Positions 27,820 to 35,910 of a stretch of DNA of 64,000 nucleotides are shown piece by piece; position 1 is the first letter of the stretch; each line of letters starts with the position of its first letter. The DNA comes from Candidatus Curtissbacteria bacterium RIFCSPLOWO2_02_41_11 (GTDB lineage: Bacteria > Patescibacteriota > Microgenomatia > Curtissbacterales > GWA2-41-24): contig MFBU01000022.1 of assembly GCA_001775055.1 (NCBI GenBank), forward strand, positions 3,278 to 67,277. The letters run 5' to 3'. The translations under genes and the position numbers were made by a program. The notes under the pieces were generated by a model that was given only the letters and a program-made list of their open reading frames with translations, was not told the origin of the DNA and did no database searches.

Positions 27820-28911
27820 TTACGCTACCCAATATCCTTGAGTGAAAAGGGTAGTGCTGATTAAAAGAAGCATCACAAAAATTGTTAGGATTAAAATCTT
27901 AAAAAGAGTACTCTTAATTAAGCCTAAGACGATAAAAATTGGAAAGGCTACCAAGATGTATCTTGGCATTGAAGTCAGCGTTCCGGTTAAAGTCGGAGTT
28001 AAAACTGCCAAAAAACTAAAGACGAGCCACTCTGTTTTAACCTTCTTGTAAGCTACGACTAAAATAGCTAGAGCAAAGACAGTAGCAGTCAGCTCGAAAG
28101 CAGCTGATAACAAAGTCAACCCATTGGTTGTTGCAAGAATCTTCAAATACCTCCAAAAAACCTGTGGCAAAAGTACTATTTGAGTAGTTGATCTTTCTTG
28201 TCCCCAAACAGCTTGTGACGTTAAAAAATAAAAGGGATTATTGAACTCGATCCTTAAATAAAACATATAGACTAATAACCCTAGTGGTACTATCAATAAA
28301 GGAATTAATGACGTGACTTTTTTGCCCAACATCAGTGAAGGGGTAAGGAAAATTCCGATAAGTCTTGTCAAAGATGCGAATAAACCAATAATTGAGGCTA
28401 ACCAAATCTTATTTTTATCAAAAAGAAGAAAAACAGAAATTATCATTAAAAAAAATAAACCTTCGGTGTAAATTGAACCAAAATAGAAAGATGTCGGAAA
28501 TGTTAATAAAAAAAGACACGACCAAAAAGCTATTTTTCCGCCATGATATTTGTTAACAAGTTTGTGAAATATTACTAAAGCGAAAAAAAATGCAATATTG
28601 GAAATCAAAAGTCCAGCTATCAGAAAATTTCCAAAAGTTAAAAACGCGACAAATTTAATAAGTAAAGGGTAAAGTGGAAAGAAAGCCTGAGTATATTGAT
28701 AGACATAGCCATCTTTGGCAATTCTTAAATAGTGAACTCCATCAAAATTTCCAAATGACCAGATAAAGTGCGGTAAGTCAGTGTTAATTAACTCTTCTTC
28801 ATAGTAAGGAAAGCTTTTGCCGAAATTTGGTGGTAAAACTTGAGTGGCAATTGAGGTCACCGCAAACAACCCAATGCGCCAAATAAAGAAAAGAAGAAAG
28901 ATCTTTTGCAT
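27820..28911 (-). CDS. Polytopic membrane protein, GT-C-like (PIG-V/GT76-like mannosyltransferase family candidate)
   Basis: There are about 9 TM helices. The first loop 'FGNFDGVHYLRIAKDGYVYQYTQAFFPLYP' resembles the PIG-V family DxxHY...GY...AFFP pattern. Confidence 0.4.
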   Translation of the reverse strand: MQKIFLLFFIWRIGLFAVTSIATQVLPPNFGKSFPYYEEELINTDLPHFIWSFGNFDGVHYLRIAKDGYVYQYTQAFFPLYPLLIKFVAFLTFGNFLIAGLLISNIAFFFALVIFHKLVNKYHGGKIAFWSCLFLLTFPTSFYFGSIYTEGLFFLMIISVFLLFDKNKIWLASIIGLFASLTRLIGIFLTPSLMLGKKVTSLIPLLIVPLGLLVYMFYLRIEFNNPFYFLTSQAVWGQERSTTQIVLLPQVFWRYLKILATTNGLTLLSAAFELTATVFALAILVVAYKKVKTEWLVFSFLAVLTPTLTGTLTSMPRYILVAFPIFIVLGLIKSTLFKILILTIFVMLLLISTTLFTQGYWVA

Positions 28912-28998
28912 TTTTCTACATTCGTATGATTAGTATGAATTCGTATATTTGTATCGATGCTAATCTACTAATGGATGCTACTGATACGAATTTTAATC
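28912..28998 (-). promoter_or_regulatory. Intergenic region with ATTCGTAT (x2) and ATACGAAT half-sites, related to 12765-12858
   Basis: It shares TTAGTATGAATTCGTATATT, GATGCTAAT and ATACGAATT words with the 12765-12858 spacer. It lies upstream of the PIG-V-like gene start at 28911. Confidence 0.35.
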
Positions 28999-30033
28999 TC
29001 ACTTAACTATTGATTTATAGACTGCAATTGTTTGTCTGGCTACTTTTTGCCAGTTAAATTTAGATGCATGTTTAATTAATTTCTGGGAGGAAATTTCTTT
29101 TTGCCTTTTTGAAAGATTTAAGGCATGAGTTATTTTTTGGGCAATATCAGGAGGGTCTGTTGGATCACAAAAAATCGCATTATTGCCGGTAAATTCCGCT
29201 AGTGATGCTACATTAGAGCAAACCACCGGTGTACCACAAGCCATACTTTCTAAAACCGGCAGCCCAAAACCTTCATAAAATGACGGCAAAACAGTAAGCC
29301 CCGCAAGGTTGTAGATATATATCAGATCATTCTCATTGATATATCCCGTTTTGATAATTTGCTTTTGTAAACCTAGTTTTTTAATTATCTGATTAATTTC
29401 TTTAACTTGAGTTAAACTATCATCAGTCAGTGCCTTACCAACCATTACCAGATTGACTTTGGCAATTTTAACAGCCTCAAGTAAATTTGGAAGATTTTTA
29501 TTCCAGTTAACATCTCCAACATAAAGAACAAATTTTTTGGGGAGAATATATTTTTTTGAAACTGAAAAAAGGGTATTTTCGTCAGTTATCTCCTTAAAGT
29601 TGAAACCGGCAGCTAAATAAACAACATGAATTTTGTCTTTGGGGAAAGAAAGTTTTGAAACAATATCCTTCTTGGATGCTTGCGAATCACAGATAATTGC
29701 ATCGACATTTTTGAGAGATCTCTTTTGAAAAAACAGACTGATGTAACCTTTAAGCCCAACTGGGAAGTAGTGGGGAAAGACTAAAGGAATAACATCATGG
29801 ATAGTCACTACCCTATTCGTAGTCTTTTTCATTGGCAGTGTATGAAAAAAAAGATCAAAATAAGGATAGTGAATAACGTCTGCTGGTGGGGGAGAGGTGG
29901 GTTTTGAGAAAAATTCAAATTCTATCCCCCAATCTCTTTTTTTAAACTCCTCTGTCAATCTTTGGGTATATGAACCAATTCCTCTTGTCTTATGCCCTGT
30001 TCCAAGTGGGCTTATGTCAATCGCGACTTTCAC
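28999..30033 (-). CDS. GT4-family glycosyltransferase
   Basis: The motif 'PSFYEGFGLPVLESMACGTPVVCSNVASLAEF' is present. Confidence 0.7.
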   Translation of the reverse strand: MKVAIDISPLGTGHKTRGIGSYTQRLTEEFKKRDWGIEFEFFSKPTSPPPADVIHYPYFDLFFHTLPMKKTTNRVVTIHDVIPLVFPHYFPVGLKGYISLFFQKRSLKNVDAIICDSQASKKDIVSKLSFPKDKIHVVYLAAGFNFKEITDENTLFSVSKKYILPKKFVLYVGDVNWNKNLPNLLEAVKIAKVNLVMVGKALTDDSLTQVKEINQIIKKLGLQKQIIKTGYINENDLIYIYNLAGLTVLPSFYEGFGLPVLESMACGTPVVCSNVASLAEFTGNNAIFCDPTDPPDIAQKITHALNLSKRQKEISSQKLIKHASKFNWQKVARQTIAVYKSIVK

Positions 30034-30057
30034 AATGATTTAATTATATCAACAAAC

Positions 30058-30118
30058 CAAAAAAACCCACCTTCCGTTGACTTAATAGGATATTCCTTTA
30101 TCAAACCGTTAAGGTGGG
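30058..30118 (-). terminator. Rho-independent terminator/attenuator candidate: a stem of CCCACCTT/AAGGTGGG, then a T7 tract on the minus strand
   Basis: On the minus strand the sequence reads cccacctt-(loop ~37 nt with inner GGA/TCC pairing)-aaggtggg followed by TTTTTTTGGTTTGTT. It lies 140 nt downstream of the 30259 stop and 25 nt upstream of the 30033 start. Confidence 0.45.
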
Positions 30119-30142
30119 CAGACTTTGCAAAGTCTTAAAAAC

Positions 30143-30172
30143 TTATCTCTTCTTCTTTCGTTTCTTTGCCAT
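30143..30172 (-). other. Mini-ORF of 9 codons (MAKKRKKKR) with a canonical Shine-Dalgarno sequence (AAAGGAGGT, 8-nt spacer)
   Basis: The minus strand reads ggaaaggaggtagagatct ATG GCA AAG AAA CGA AAG AAG AAG AGA TAA. It is followed by the palindrome GACTTTGCAAAGTC and then the terminator hairpin. Confidence 0.25.
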
Positions 30173-30258
30173 AGATCTCTACCTCCTTTCCAAAACTTGA
30201 GTATATAACTAAAATTGTTAGCAAGTTTTAAATATTTATGCAATAGGGCAAAATGATG

Positions 30259-31023
30259 CTAGCGGCGTTCCCAATATTTGACATACGCGTAGAAGTGGTG
30301 TGCCGCCGAAAATAAAGCCCAGACAAACCCCCTAAAACCATCAACATAACCCCGATGTCTAACAAAAATATCGAAAAAAGTGACAAGTGGCTTTAGAACC
30401 ATGTAGTAAAAAACCGGCCAAGGCCCCCTACCCGGATCTATCTCTCTAAGCTTTTGAGCAGTTTGATCTGTATAACGGTCGGCTCGATAAAGGTATCTGG
30501 CAAATGAGGGATCGGCCATGTGAAGAATGTCGTTTTTTAGATACCCTACTTCCCCATCAATTGCAACCTGTTCATGAACACTAACTTCGGGAAGCCTGCC
30601 TTTGCCTCGTCTAAAAAGCCTAATCACACTATCAGGATAAGCTCCGCCCTTTGTTAAATAACCGCCTAAAAACCAATTGCGACGATTGATCCAAAAACCG
30701 TTCTCTTTGGGGTTTTTAGAGATAATTCCTTTGATCTCACCGACTAATTCTTTACTGACCCTTTCATCGGCATCCATTAGAAAAATCCAGTCGCTAGTGC
30801 AATTATCTATAGCTAAATTTTTATTAATGTGAAACATTGGTTTATTAGTTGTTTTAATAATTTTTGCACCCAGATTCTCTGCCAGTTCTCTGGTTCTGTC
30901 TGTTGATGACCCGTCAGCTACCACTATCTCATCGGCAAAATTTTTTAAAGACTCGATACAATCAACAATATTTTCCTCCTCATTAAATGTTGCCAGTGCA
31001 GCTGAAATTTTTATCTTTTTCAT
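30259..31023 (-). CDS. GT2-family glycosyltransferase (WaaE/KdtX-like subfamily); paralog of 51411-52172 and 56118-57023
   Basis: The motif 'ISAALATFNEEENIVDCIESLKNFADEIVVADGSSTDRT...MDADER' is present. The shared C-terminal 'GG.YPD...RLFRRGKG' motif links the three paralogs. Confidence 0.65.
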   Translation of the reverse strand: MKKIKISAALATFNEEENIVDCIESLKNFADEIVVADGSSTDRTRELAENLGAKIIKTTNKPMFHINKNLAIDNCTSDWIFLMDADERVSKELVGEIKGIISKNPKENGFWINRRNWFLGGYLTKGGAYPDSVIRLFRRGKGRLPEVSVHEQVAIDGEVGYLKNDILHMADPSFARYLYRADRYTDQTAQKLREIDPGRGPWPVFYYMVLKPLVTFFDIFVRHRGYVDGFRGFVWALFSAAHHFYAYVKYWERR

Positions 31024-32621
31024 TTTGGATGACCTATTTTAATCGCTTCTTTTCCGTTAGGATAATAAATTGTTTCAATGACTTCAAAGCCGCCGGGGAA
31101 ATTTCCGCTATCGGCAATAAAAAGCTCACTGGGAGTTGTCGGCGGTTTGGTGTCGAAGTAATATTTGTCAAAGTTTTGCCTCGTACCGCTTTGTTGATAA
31201 CTCCTGGGGTCATACTTAGTATTAAAAAGCCAGAACACGTACGCCTGTTCGATTGAATGATCGACATTAATTTTAGTGTATTGATTTTTGATTTTCTCGG
31301 ATTCTAGAACAGCTTCCTTATATCCATACTGCCAAAAATCTGCCTTGTCGTATGGATAATGTCTCCAGTAGTTATGAAGGTAAACTATGATTGATACACC
31401 AATCCATAAGATATAAAAATATTGAACAGGTTTTTTAAGTAAAAACTCCATAGAAAAAATTGAAACCAGCGCATAGGCACTAATGATCTGAAGCGCTGGG
31501 TCCATCGGTAGAGACCGGTTACCATGCGGATTAGGAACAGCCGGTGTTGCAGGAATTGGGGCAATCAGAAGCCATGCAAGAAGAAAGGCTGAAGTTTTAT
31601 TGCGATTTCTAACAAGCAAAAAGATACCATATAAAACTAGAGGAAATTGAAAAAGATAGACCATCCCTATATTTCCAATATGATGCCTGAAATTATCATC
31701 GCCTTTAGTGAAAAGAAAATTAAAATCAAAATGAGAAAGATAATTGCCAAACCATGTTTGGCCAATAACAAATCTTCTGTTATGAATATATTTGCCGAGC
31801 TTCGATCCCCTTTCCTGATCTTCTAGAATAAATTTTATTGATTTTTCGATATCCTCAAGTCTTGGTCTGCCAGTGGTAACTTCAAATCTTTGTAAGATTA
31901 CTTTTGGCGGTATTAATATTACAAGCGGCAGTCCGATTAGAATAGTAATGATGATAAAAATACCTAGATACCTTTTAGAAACGGTAAGTATCTCTTTTCT
32001 CCAAATAAAAAATGTTGCTATAAAAAGTAGCGGTACAAAAATCCGCTCTGAATGATAGGTATAAGTAGAAATCCCTAAAAATATGCCGCTTACTATTAAC
32101 CATCTTCTACTGGCTAACCCATATAAAAATGCAGTAATGGCTGCGACTGCAAAAAAAAGGCCAACCGTAGCCTCAAAACCGACTCGAGAAAATTGCAAGT
32201 GCCAAGGCGAAATGGCCAACATTAGCATAGATAGAAGAGCGATTGACTCACTCTTGACAACTGACAACTGACCACTGACATTTGACTTTTCAAAGATTTT
32301 TCTGGCTAAAAAATACATTGCTGGAACTGTCAAAAAACCAAAAAATGCGGAAGGAAGTCTTGCGGCAAATGGGGTTAGACCAAAAATTGCCACTGTCACT
32401 ACATTCAAATACATGTATAGAGGGGGTTTATAATCATCAAAGGAGCGATTGGTAATCGGCAAAAAGTTGCCGTATTCATCCCGTCCAGTTTTAAGAATCG
32501 AGTAGGCATTGTAAGCATTACTGTTTTCATCCCAATCCAAACTTAGTGGAATTTCTCCTAATTTATAAAATCTCAAAATAAAAGCCAAAACTAAAATCGC
32601 CCAAAAGATTTTTTTTGTCAT
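31020..32621 (-). CDS. ArnT/PMT-like GT-C glycosyltransferase, tandem paralog 1 of 5
   Basis: There are about 12 TM helices. The segment 'LDWDENSNAYNAYSILKTGRDEYGNFLPI' is the loop-1 DE motif. 'ISPWHLQFSRVGFEA' is conserved across the paralogs. The C-terminal soluble domain is about 120 aa. Confidence 0.65.
   Translation of the reverse strand: MTKKIFWAILVLAFILRFYKLGEIPLSLDWDENSNAYNAYSILKTGRDEYGNFLPITNRSFDDYKPPLYMYLNVVTVAIFGLTPFAARLPSAFFGFLTVPAMYFLARKIFEKSNVSGQLSVVKSESIALLSMLMLAISPWHLQFSRVGFEATVGLFFAVAAITAFLYGLASRRWLIVSGIFLGISTYTYHSERIFVPLLFIATFFIWRKEILTVSKRYLGIFIIITILIGLPLVILIPPKVILQRFEVTTGRPRLEDIEKSIKFILEDQERGSKLGKYIHNRRFVIGQTWFGNYLSHFDFNFLFTKGDDNFRHHIGNIGMVYLFQFPLVLYGIFLLVRNRNKTSAFLLAWLLIAPIPATPAVPNPHGNRSLPMDPALQIISAYALVSIFSMEFLLKKPVQYFYILWIGVSIIVYLHNYWRHYPYDKADFWQYGYKEAVLESEKIKNQYTKINVDHSIEQAYVFWLFNTKYDPRSYQQSGTRQNFDKYYFDTKPPTTPSELFIADSGNFPGGFEVIETIYYPNGKEAIKIGHPK
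32255..32287. repeat. In-frame heptamer tandem repeat (CTGACAA-type x4-5) inside ArnT-like paralog 1, encoding SGQLSVVK
   Basis: 'ttgacaactgacaactgaccactgacatttg' is seen directly. It is related to 27695-27780 and 59217-59236. Confidence 0.5.
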
Positions 32622-34399
32622 GGTAATTTGACCTGACTGACATCATAGATTTCAAAAATTGTGTCGCCTCGCAAATCATCTATAGTGTAGATTGGCGGTT
32701 TAGGAAACTCGATTTCTTTTTCCCCCGCAACAATTAACGTTTTTGTCGGTAGACGATCGATCCCTGGTACTGAGTCGACAAAATCGTATTTTCCGATGCT
32801 ATCAAGTATTACCCAACCGTCCTGGGATTTATGTCTTTGGGCATTTTGAATAAAGTAAGCCGGGTTAACCTTTGCAAAATAGAGATACTGCATATATTGA
32901 TGACCATAGTCAATTTTTCTTGAAATGACAATCTTGTCGTATTCCTGTTCTTTTGAGGCAAGATAGTTAAAAAGCTCCTTGTACCCGAATCTTTGAAAAC
33001 GGCTGGTAAAATATGGCTCACTGTAAAACATATCAGGTATCAACTTAACTACTGATCCTAAAATAGTGATAGTCAATACGATAATAAAAATATTTTTAAA
33101 GAATTTTGACTTTAATGAAGCTACAAAAGTATAAATGCCAAAGGCAACAATGATCTCAAGCGATGGCATAATCAGATTAATTCTTCCATAATTACCAGAT
33201 CCGGCAAAGGAAGCGCCTATTGGCACAAAAAGCAGCCAAGGTATTAATATTTTTAGTGCTTGATTTTTTTGCTTTATAAGTAAAAATATCCCCAAAATTA
33301 AAAATGGTAACTCAAACAAGTAAACTACACTTCTGGTGCTAAATGACTGGAAACCAGATGGATTTGCTTTATCAAAATAAGTCTTAAAAGATAAATTCCC
33401 AGCATAATTGCTAATATAAGTTGAAGCAAAAGTTAAAAATTTATTGTAGGTTAATGTACAAAAAATATTTGGCAGATGTTCTTTACAAACACCGCGCCTC
33501 TCATTTATATCAGCATTGATTCCAGCTCGAGCCACCCCGGAAATAAAACTCTCCTGAAGAAATCTCGACTGACCCTTAAAGGTTAGTACTGTAGGCAGGA
33601 GAGGTAAAAACAATATAAAGGCCAAAATCAAATTCTTGGCTAAATATACTTTTGGTATTTTAAACTGCTGTCTAAACGAGTAGATCACTACTGATATAAA
33701 CAGTGGCAAAAAAACCCAAGCAGATCGATAAACATAAAAAGAAATAACAAAACCTAAAAAAGAAAAGGTAATAAATTTTTTATTTTTTAAACCTACTAAG
33801 AAAAAGTAAGTTGAGATGGTTATAAAGAAAACTAATAAATCAGACTCAAAAGCATTTCTTGATGCCGCTATATGCCAGGGTGAAATTGCCAGAAGAAATG
33901 CAGCTACGAGGGCTATGACTTCGTTGCGGGTCCTGTCAGTCGTTTCCTTCCCGCCAGTGCTCGCTTTGTGCAAGTTCGTTATTTTACTTTGATTCCATAT
34001 AGAAGCTCCGCGCTGTCGGGAACCTTCCCACAACTGCCACCCGCTCCTGTCTTCGAATAGTTTTTTCGTCAATAAATAAGTAGCAAAGACTGCAAAAACT
34101 CCAAACAAGGCTGATGGGAATCGCGTTGCAAATTCATTCATACCGAAGAAAAATTGAGATATAGCTGTGAGGTAAAGATAGACTACAAGCTTCCAGTCAC
34201 CAAAACTTTCGAAAGCAGGAAAGGGTAAAAACCTGCCCCACTCATCCATGCCGGTTTTTAAAATCGAATAGGCATTATAGCCAAAAGCAGCTTCGTCATC
34301 GTTAAATCCAACTGGAATACTTGCCAGATTTATAAAACGAAGAAGAATTGCTACTGTAATTATCGAAATTATGATTAAATTATTTTTGAGATACTTCAT
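32618..34399 (-). CDS. ArnT/PMT-like GT-C glycosyltransferase, tandem paralog 2 of 5 (carries a 45-aa GC-rich insert)
   Basis: The motifs 'GFNDDEAAFGYNAYSILKTGMDEWGRFLP' and 'ISPWHIAASRNAFES' are present. An insert 'RSGWQLWEGSRQRGASIWNQSKITNLHKASTGGKETTDRTRNE' lies between the conserved blocks. Confidence 0.65.
   Translation of the reverse strand: MKYLKNNLIIISIITVAILLRFINLASIPVGFNDDEAAFGYNAYSILKTGMDEWGRFLPFPAFESFGDWKLVVYLYLTAISQFFFGMNEFATRFPSALFGVFAVFATYLLTKKLFEDRSGWQLWEGSRQRGASIWNQSKITNLHKASTGGKETTDRTRNEVIALVAAFLLAISPWHIAASRNAFESDLLVFFITISTYFFLVGLKNKKFITFSFLGFVISFYVYRSAWVFLPLFISVVIYSFRQQFKIPKVYLAKNLILAFILFLPLLPTVLTFKGQSRFLQESFISGVARAGINADINERRGVCKEHLPNIFCTLTYNKFLTFASTYISNYAGNLSFKTYFDKANPSGFQSFSTRSVVYLFELPFLILGIFLLIKQKNQALKILIPWLLFVPIGASFAGSGNYGRINLIMPSLEIIVAFGIYTFVASLKSKFFKNIFIIVLTITILGSVVKLIPDMFYSEPYFTSRFQRFGYKELFNYLASKEQEYDKIVISRKIDYGHQYMQYLYFAKVNPAYFIQNAQRHKSQDGWVILDSIGKYDFVDSVPGIDRLPTKTLIVAGEKEIEFPKPPIYTIDDLRGDTIFEIYDVSQVKLP
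33905..34060. repeat. GC-rich ~150-nt island embedded in-frame in an AT-rich CDS (insert of paralog 2)
   Basis: There is a local composition shift (e.g. 'gcgggtcctgtcagtcgtttccttcccgccagtgctcgc', 'gctccgcgctgtcgggaaccttcccacaactgccacccgctcc'). The flanking sequence is otherwise AT-rich. Confidence 0.4.
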
Positions 34400-34401
34400 T
34401 A

Positions 34402-35910
34402 TTAAGGAACTACTTCATAAAACCGCATAAAACTATTACCTCTACCCTTTTGGTATTTGCCAATTAATTTAAGACGAGGGTTACCCGGGTCATCAGGAAG
34501 GTTTTGGTTTTCGTTAAAGACAAAAAAAGTCTTTTTAACTTTGGCAGCTTCCAAAACCTGCTGTGGAATATCCCTAACTGGCCAGAATCCGGTAATCTGG
34601 ATATTTGGATTACTATAAAAGTAAATTTGAATAGCAAAAGGTAAAAGCCCAAAGGTGCCTTCAGTTCCAACATAGACTGGTTGGCTTTTTGTTTCATGTT
34701 TTAGGATTGCCACAATTTCCTCCACACCATAACCGGCCGGCCAGTCATTTAAGTATTGACCAAGATCTGCATCGGCAATATTGGCCTTTGGAGGTTCTGT
34801 TAGTAATCTATATGAATTGATAGCCGGAAAAACAAAAATGATCGCAAAAATCACCCACAAATATTTCAAGTAATTTTTCCACCTAATTAAATTTATTACA
34901 CCAAAAGATACTAGGATAACTATATAAGGGAAATAAAAAAGCATAAAACGAGGATATAAAACTTTATTAAAAATACTCTCTGCCAGAAACGGCGCCAAAG
35001 CATAAACCGAAAGCAAAATAATTACCCCCTTTCGCCTAATTAAACCCCATGTAATAACCAAAACGGCAATAATTGTCAGCGGCCAGCCATTATATTGAAC
35101 AAACCATGAAATTAAGGCATGAAGATTGCTGGGCAATTGAATAAATGGGTTATTTATAATTTCGTTAAAAGATCTGATAAATTCAGATTCTTTACGCTCA
35201 ATCATATAAAACAGTGGCGAGAGTCTTAAACTATTGTAAATTACCTGTGAGAGCAAAAAAGTAACAACTGAAAAGATAACCCATTTAAATAATCTAAAAC
35301 TGTAATCTCTACTCTTGAAATTAAAAACCAATAGAGAAAAAGGGAGTAGATACAAAAAAAGGATGCCTGAAGATTTAGTAATCATTGTTAGTCCAATAGC
35401 AAAACTGGCAAGCATGGCAGTTTCAAATCTTGGATCTTTGGCCATCTTTATCGAAAAGTAAACTGCCCAAATACCCAACATGGTAAGCAGAGAATCAAAA
35501 AGGGCCATTCGGTCATACAGGAGCGTGAAGGGTAAAATGACATATAAAAAGGCCGCAAGTTTGGCCACTTTCTCAGAAAATAACAGTCTGGCTAAGAAAT
35601 AGATTCCTACCAGAGAACCAAACCCTGCAAAAACAGAAACGAGTCTTCCGGCTATTAACGGATCAGGGATAAATTGCTGAAAAATTGCTGCAATCCAAAT
35701 GAATAAAGGCTGCTTTCCATCCTCCAGAGAAATAAATCTGTTAGCAGGATCATGGAGTGCTACTTGTGCCCAATAAGTATAAATTGCCTCATCAGTAAAT
35801 ATTGGAACTATTTTTAAATTGATAAGTCTTGTAGCAAAATAAAGTACACTAAAGCTAGACCAAAGGATCAAAGATTGCAGTTGGATTAAAACTACGGGTT
35901 TAGGCTTCAT
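34402..35910 (-). CDS. ArnT-like GT-C glycosyltransferase (PMT_2-type, GT39/GT83-like)
   Basis: The motif 'FTDEAIYTYWAQV' follows TM1, and the protein has about 13 TM helices. It is distinct from the five-paralog family and is inserted between paralogs 2 and 3. Confidence 0.5.
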   Translation of the reverse strand: MKPKPVVLIQLQSLILWSSFSVLYFATRLINLKIVPIFTDEAIYTYWAQVALHDPANRFISLEDGKQPLFIWIAAIFQQFIPDPLIAGRLVSVFAGFGSLVGIYFLARLLFSEKVAKLAAFLYVILPFTLLYDRMALFDSLLTMLGIWAVYFSIKMAKDPRFETAMLASFAIGLTMITKSSGILFLYLLPFSLLVFNFKSRDYSFRLFKWVIFSVVTFLLSQVIYNSLRLSPLFYMIERKESEFIRSFNEIINNPFIQLPSNLHALISWFVQYNGWPLTIIAVLVITWGLIRRKGVIILLSVYALAPFLAESIFNKVLYPRFMLFYFPYIVILVSFGVINLIRWKNYLKYLWVIFAIIFVFPAINSYRLLTEPPKANIADADLGQYLNDWPAGYGVEEIVAILKHETKSQPVYVGTEGTFGLLPFAIQIYFYSNPNIQITGFWPVRDIPQQVLEAAKVKKTFFVFNENQNLPDDPGNPRLKLIGKYQKGRGNSFMRFYEVVP

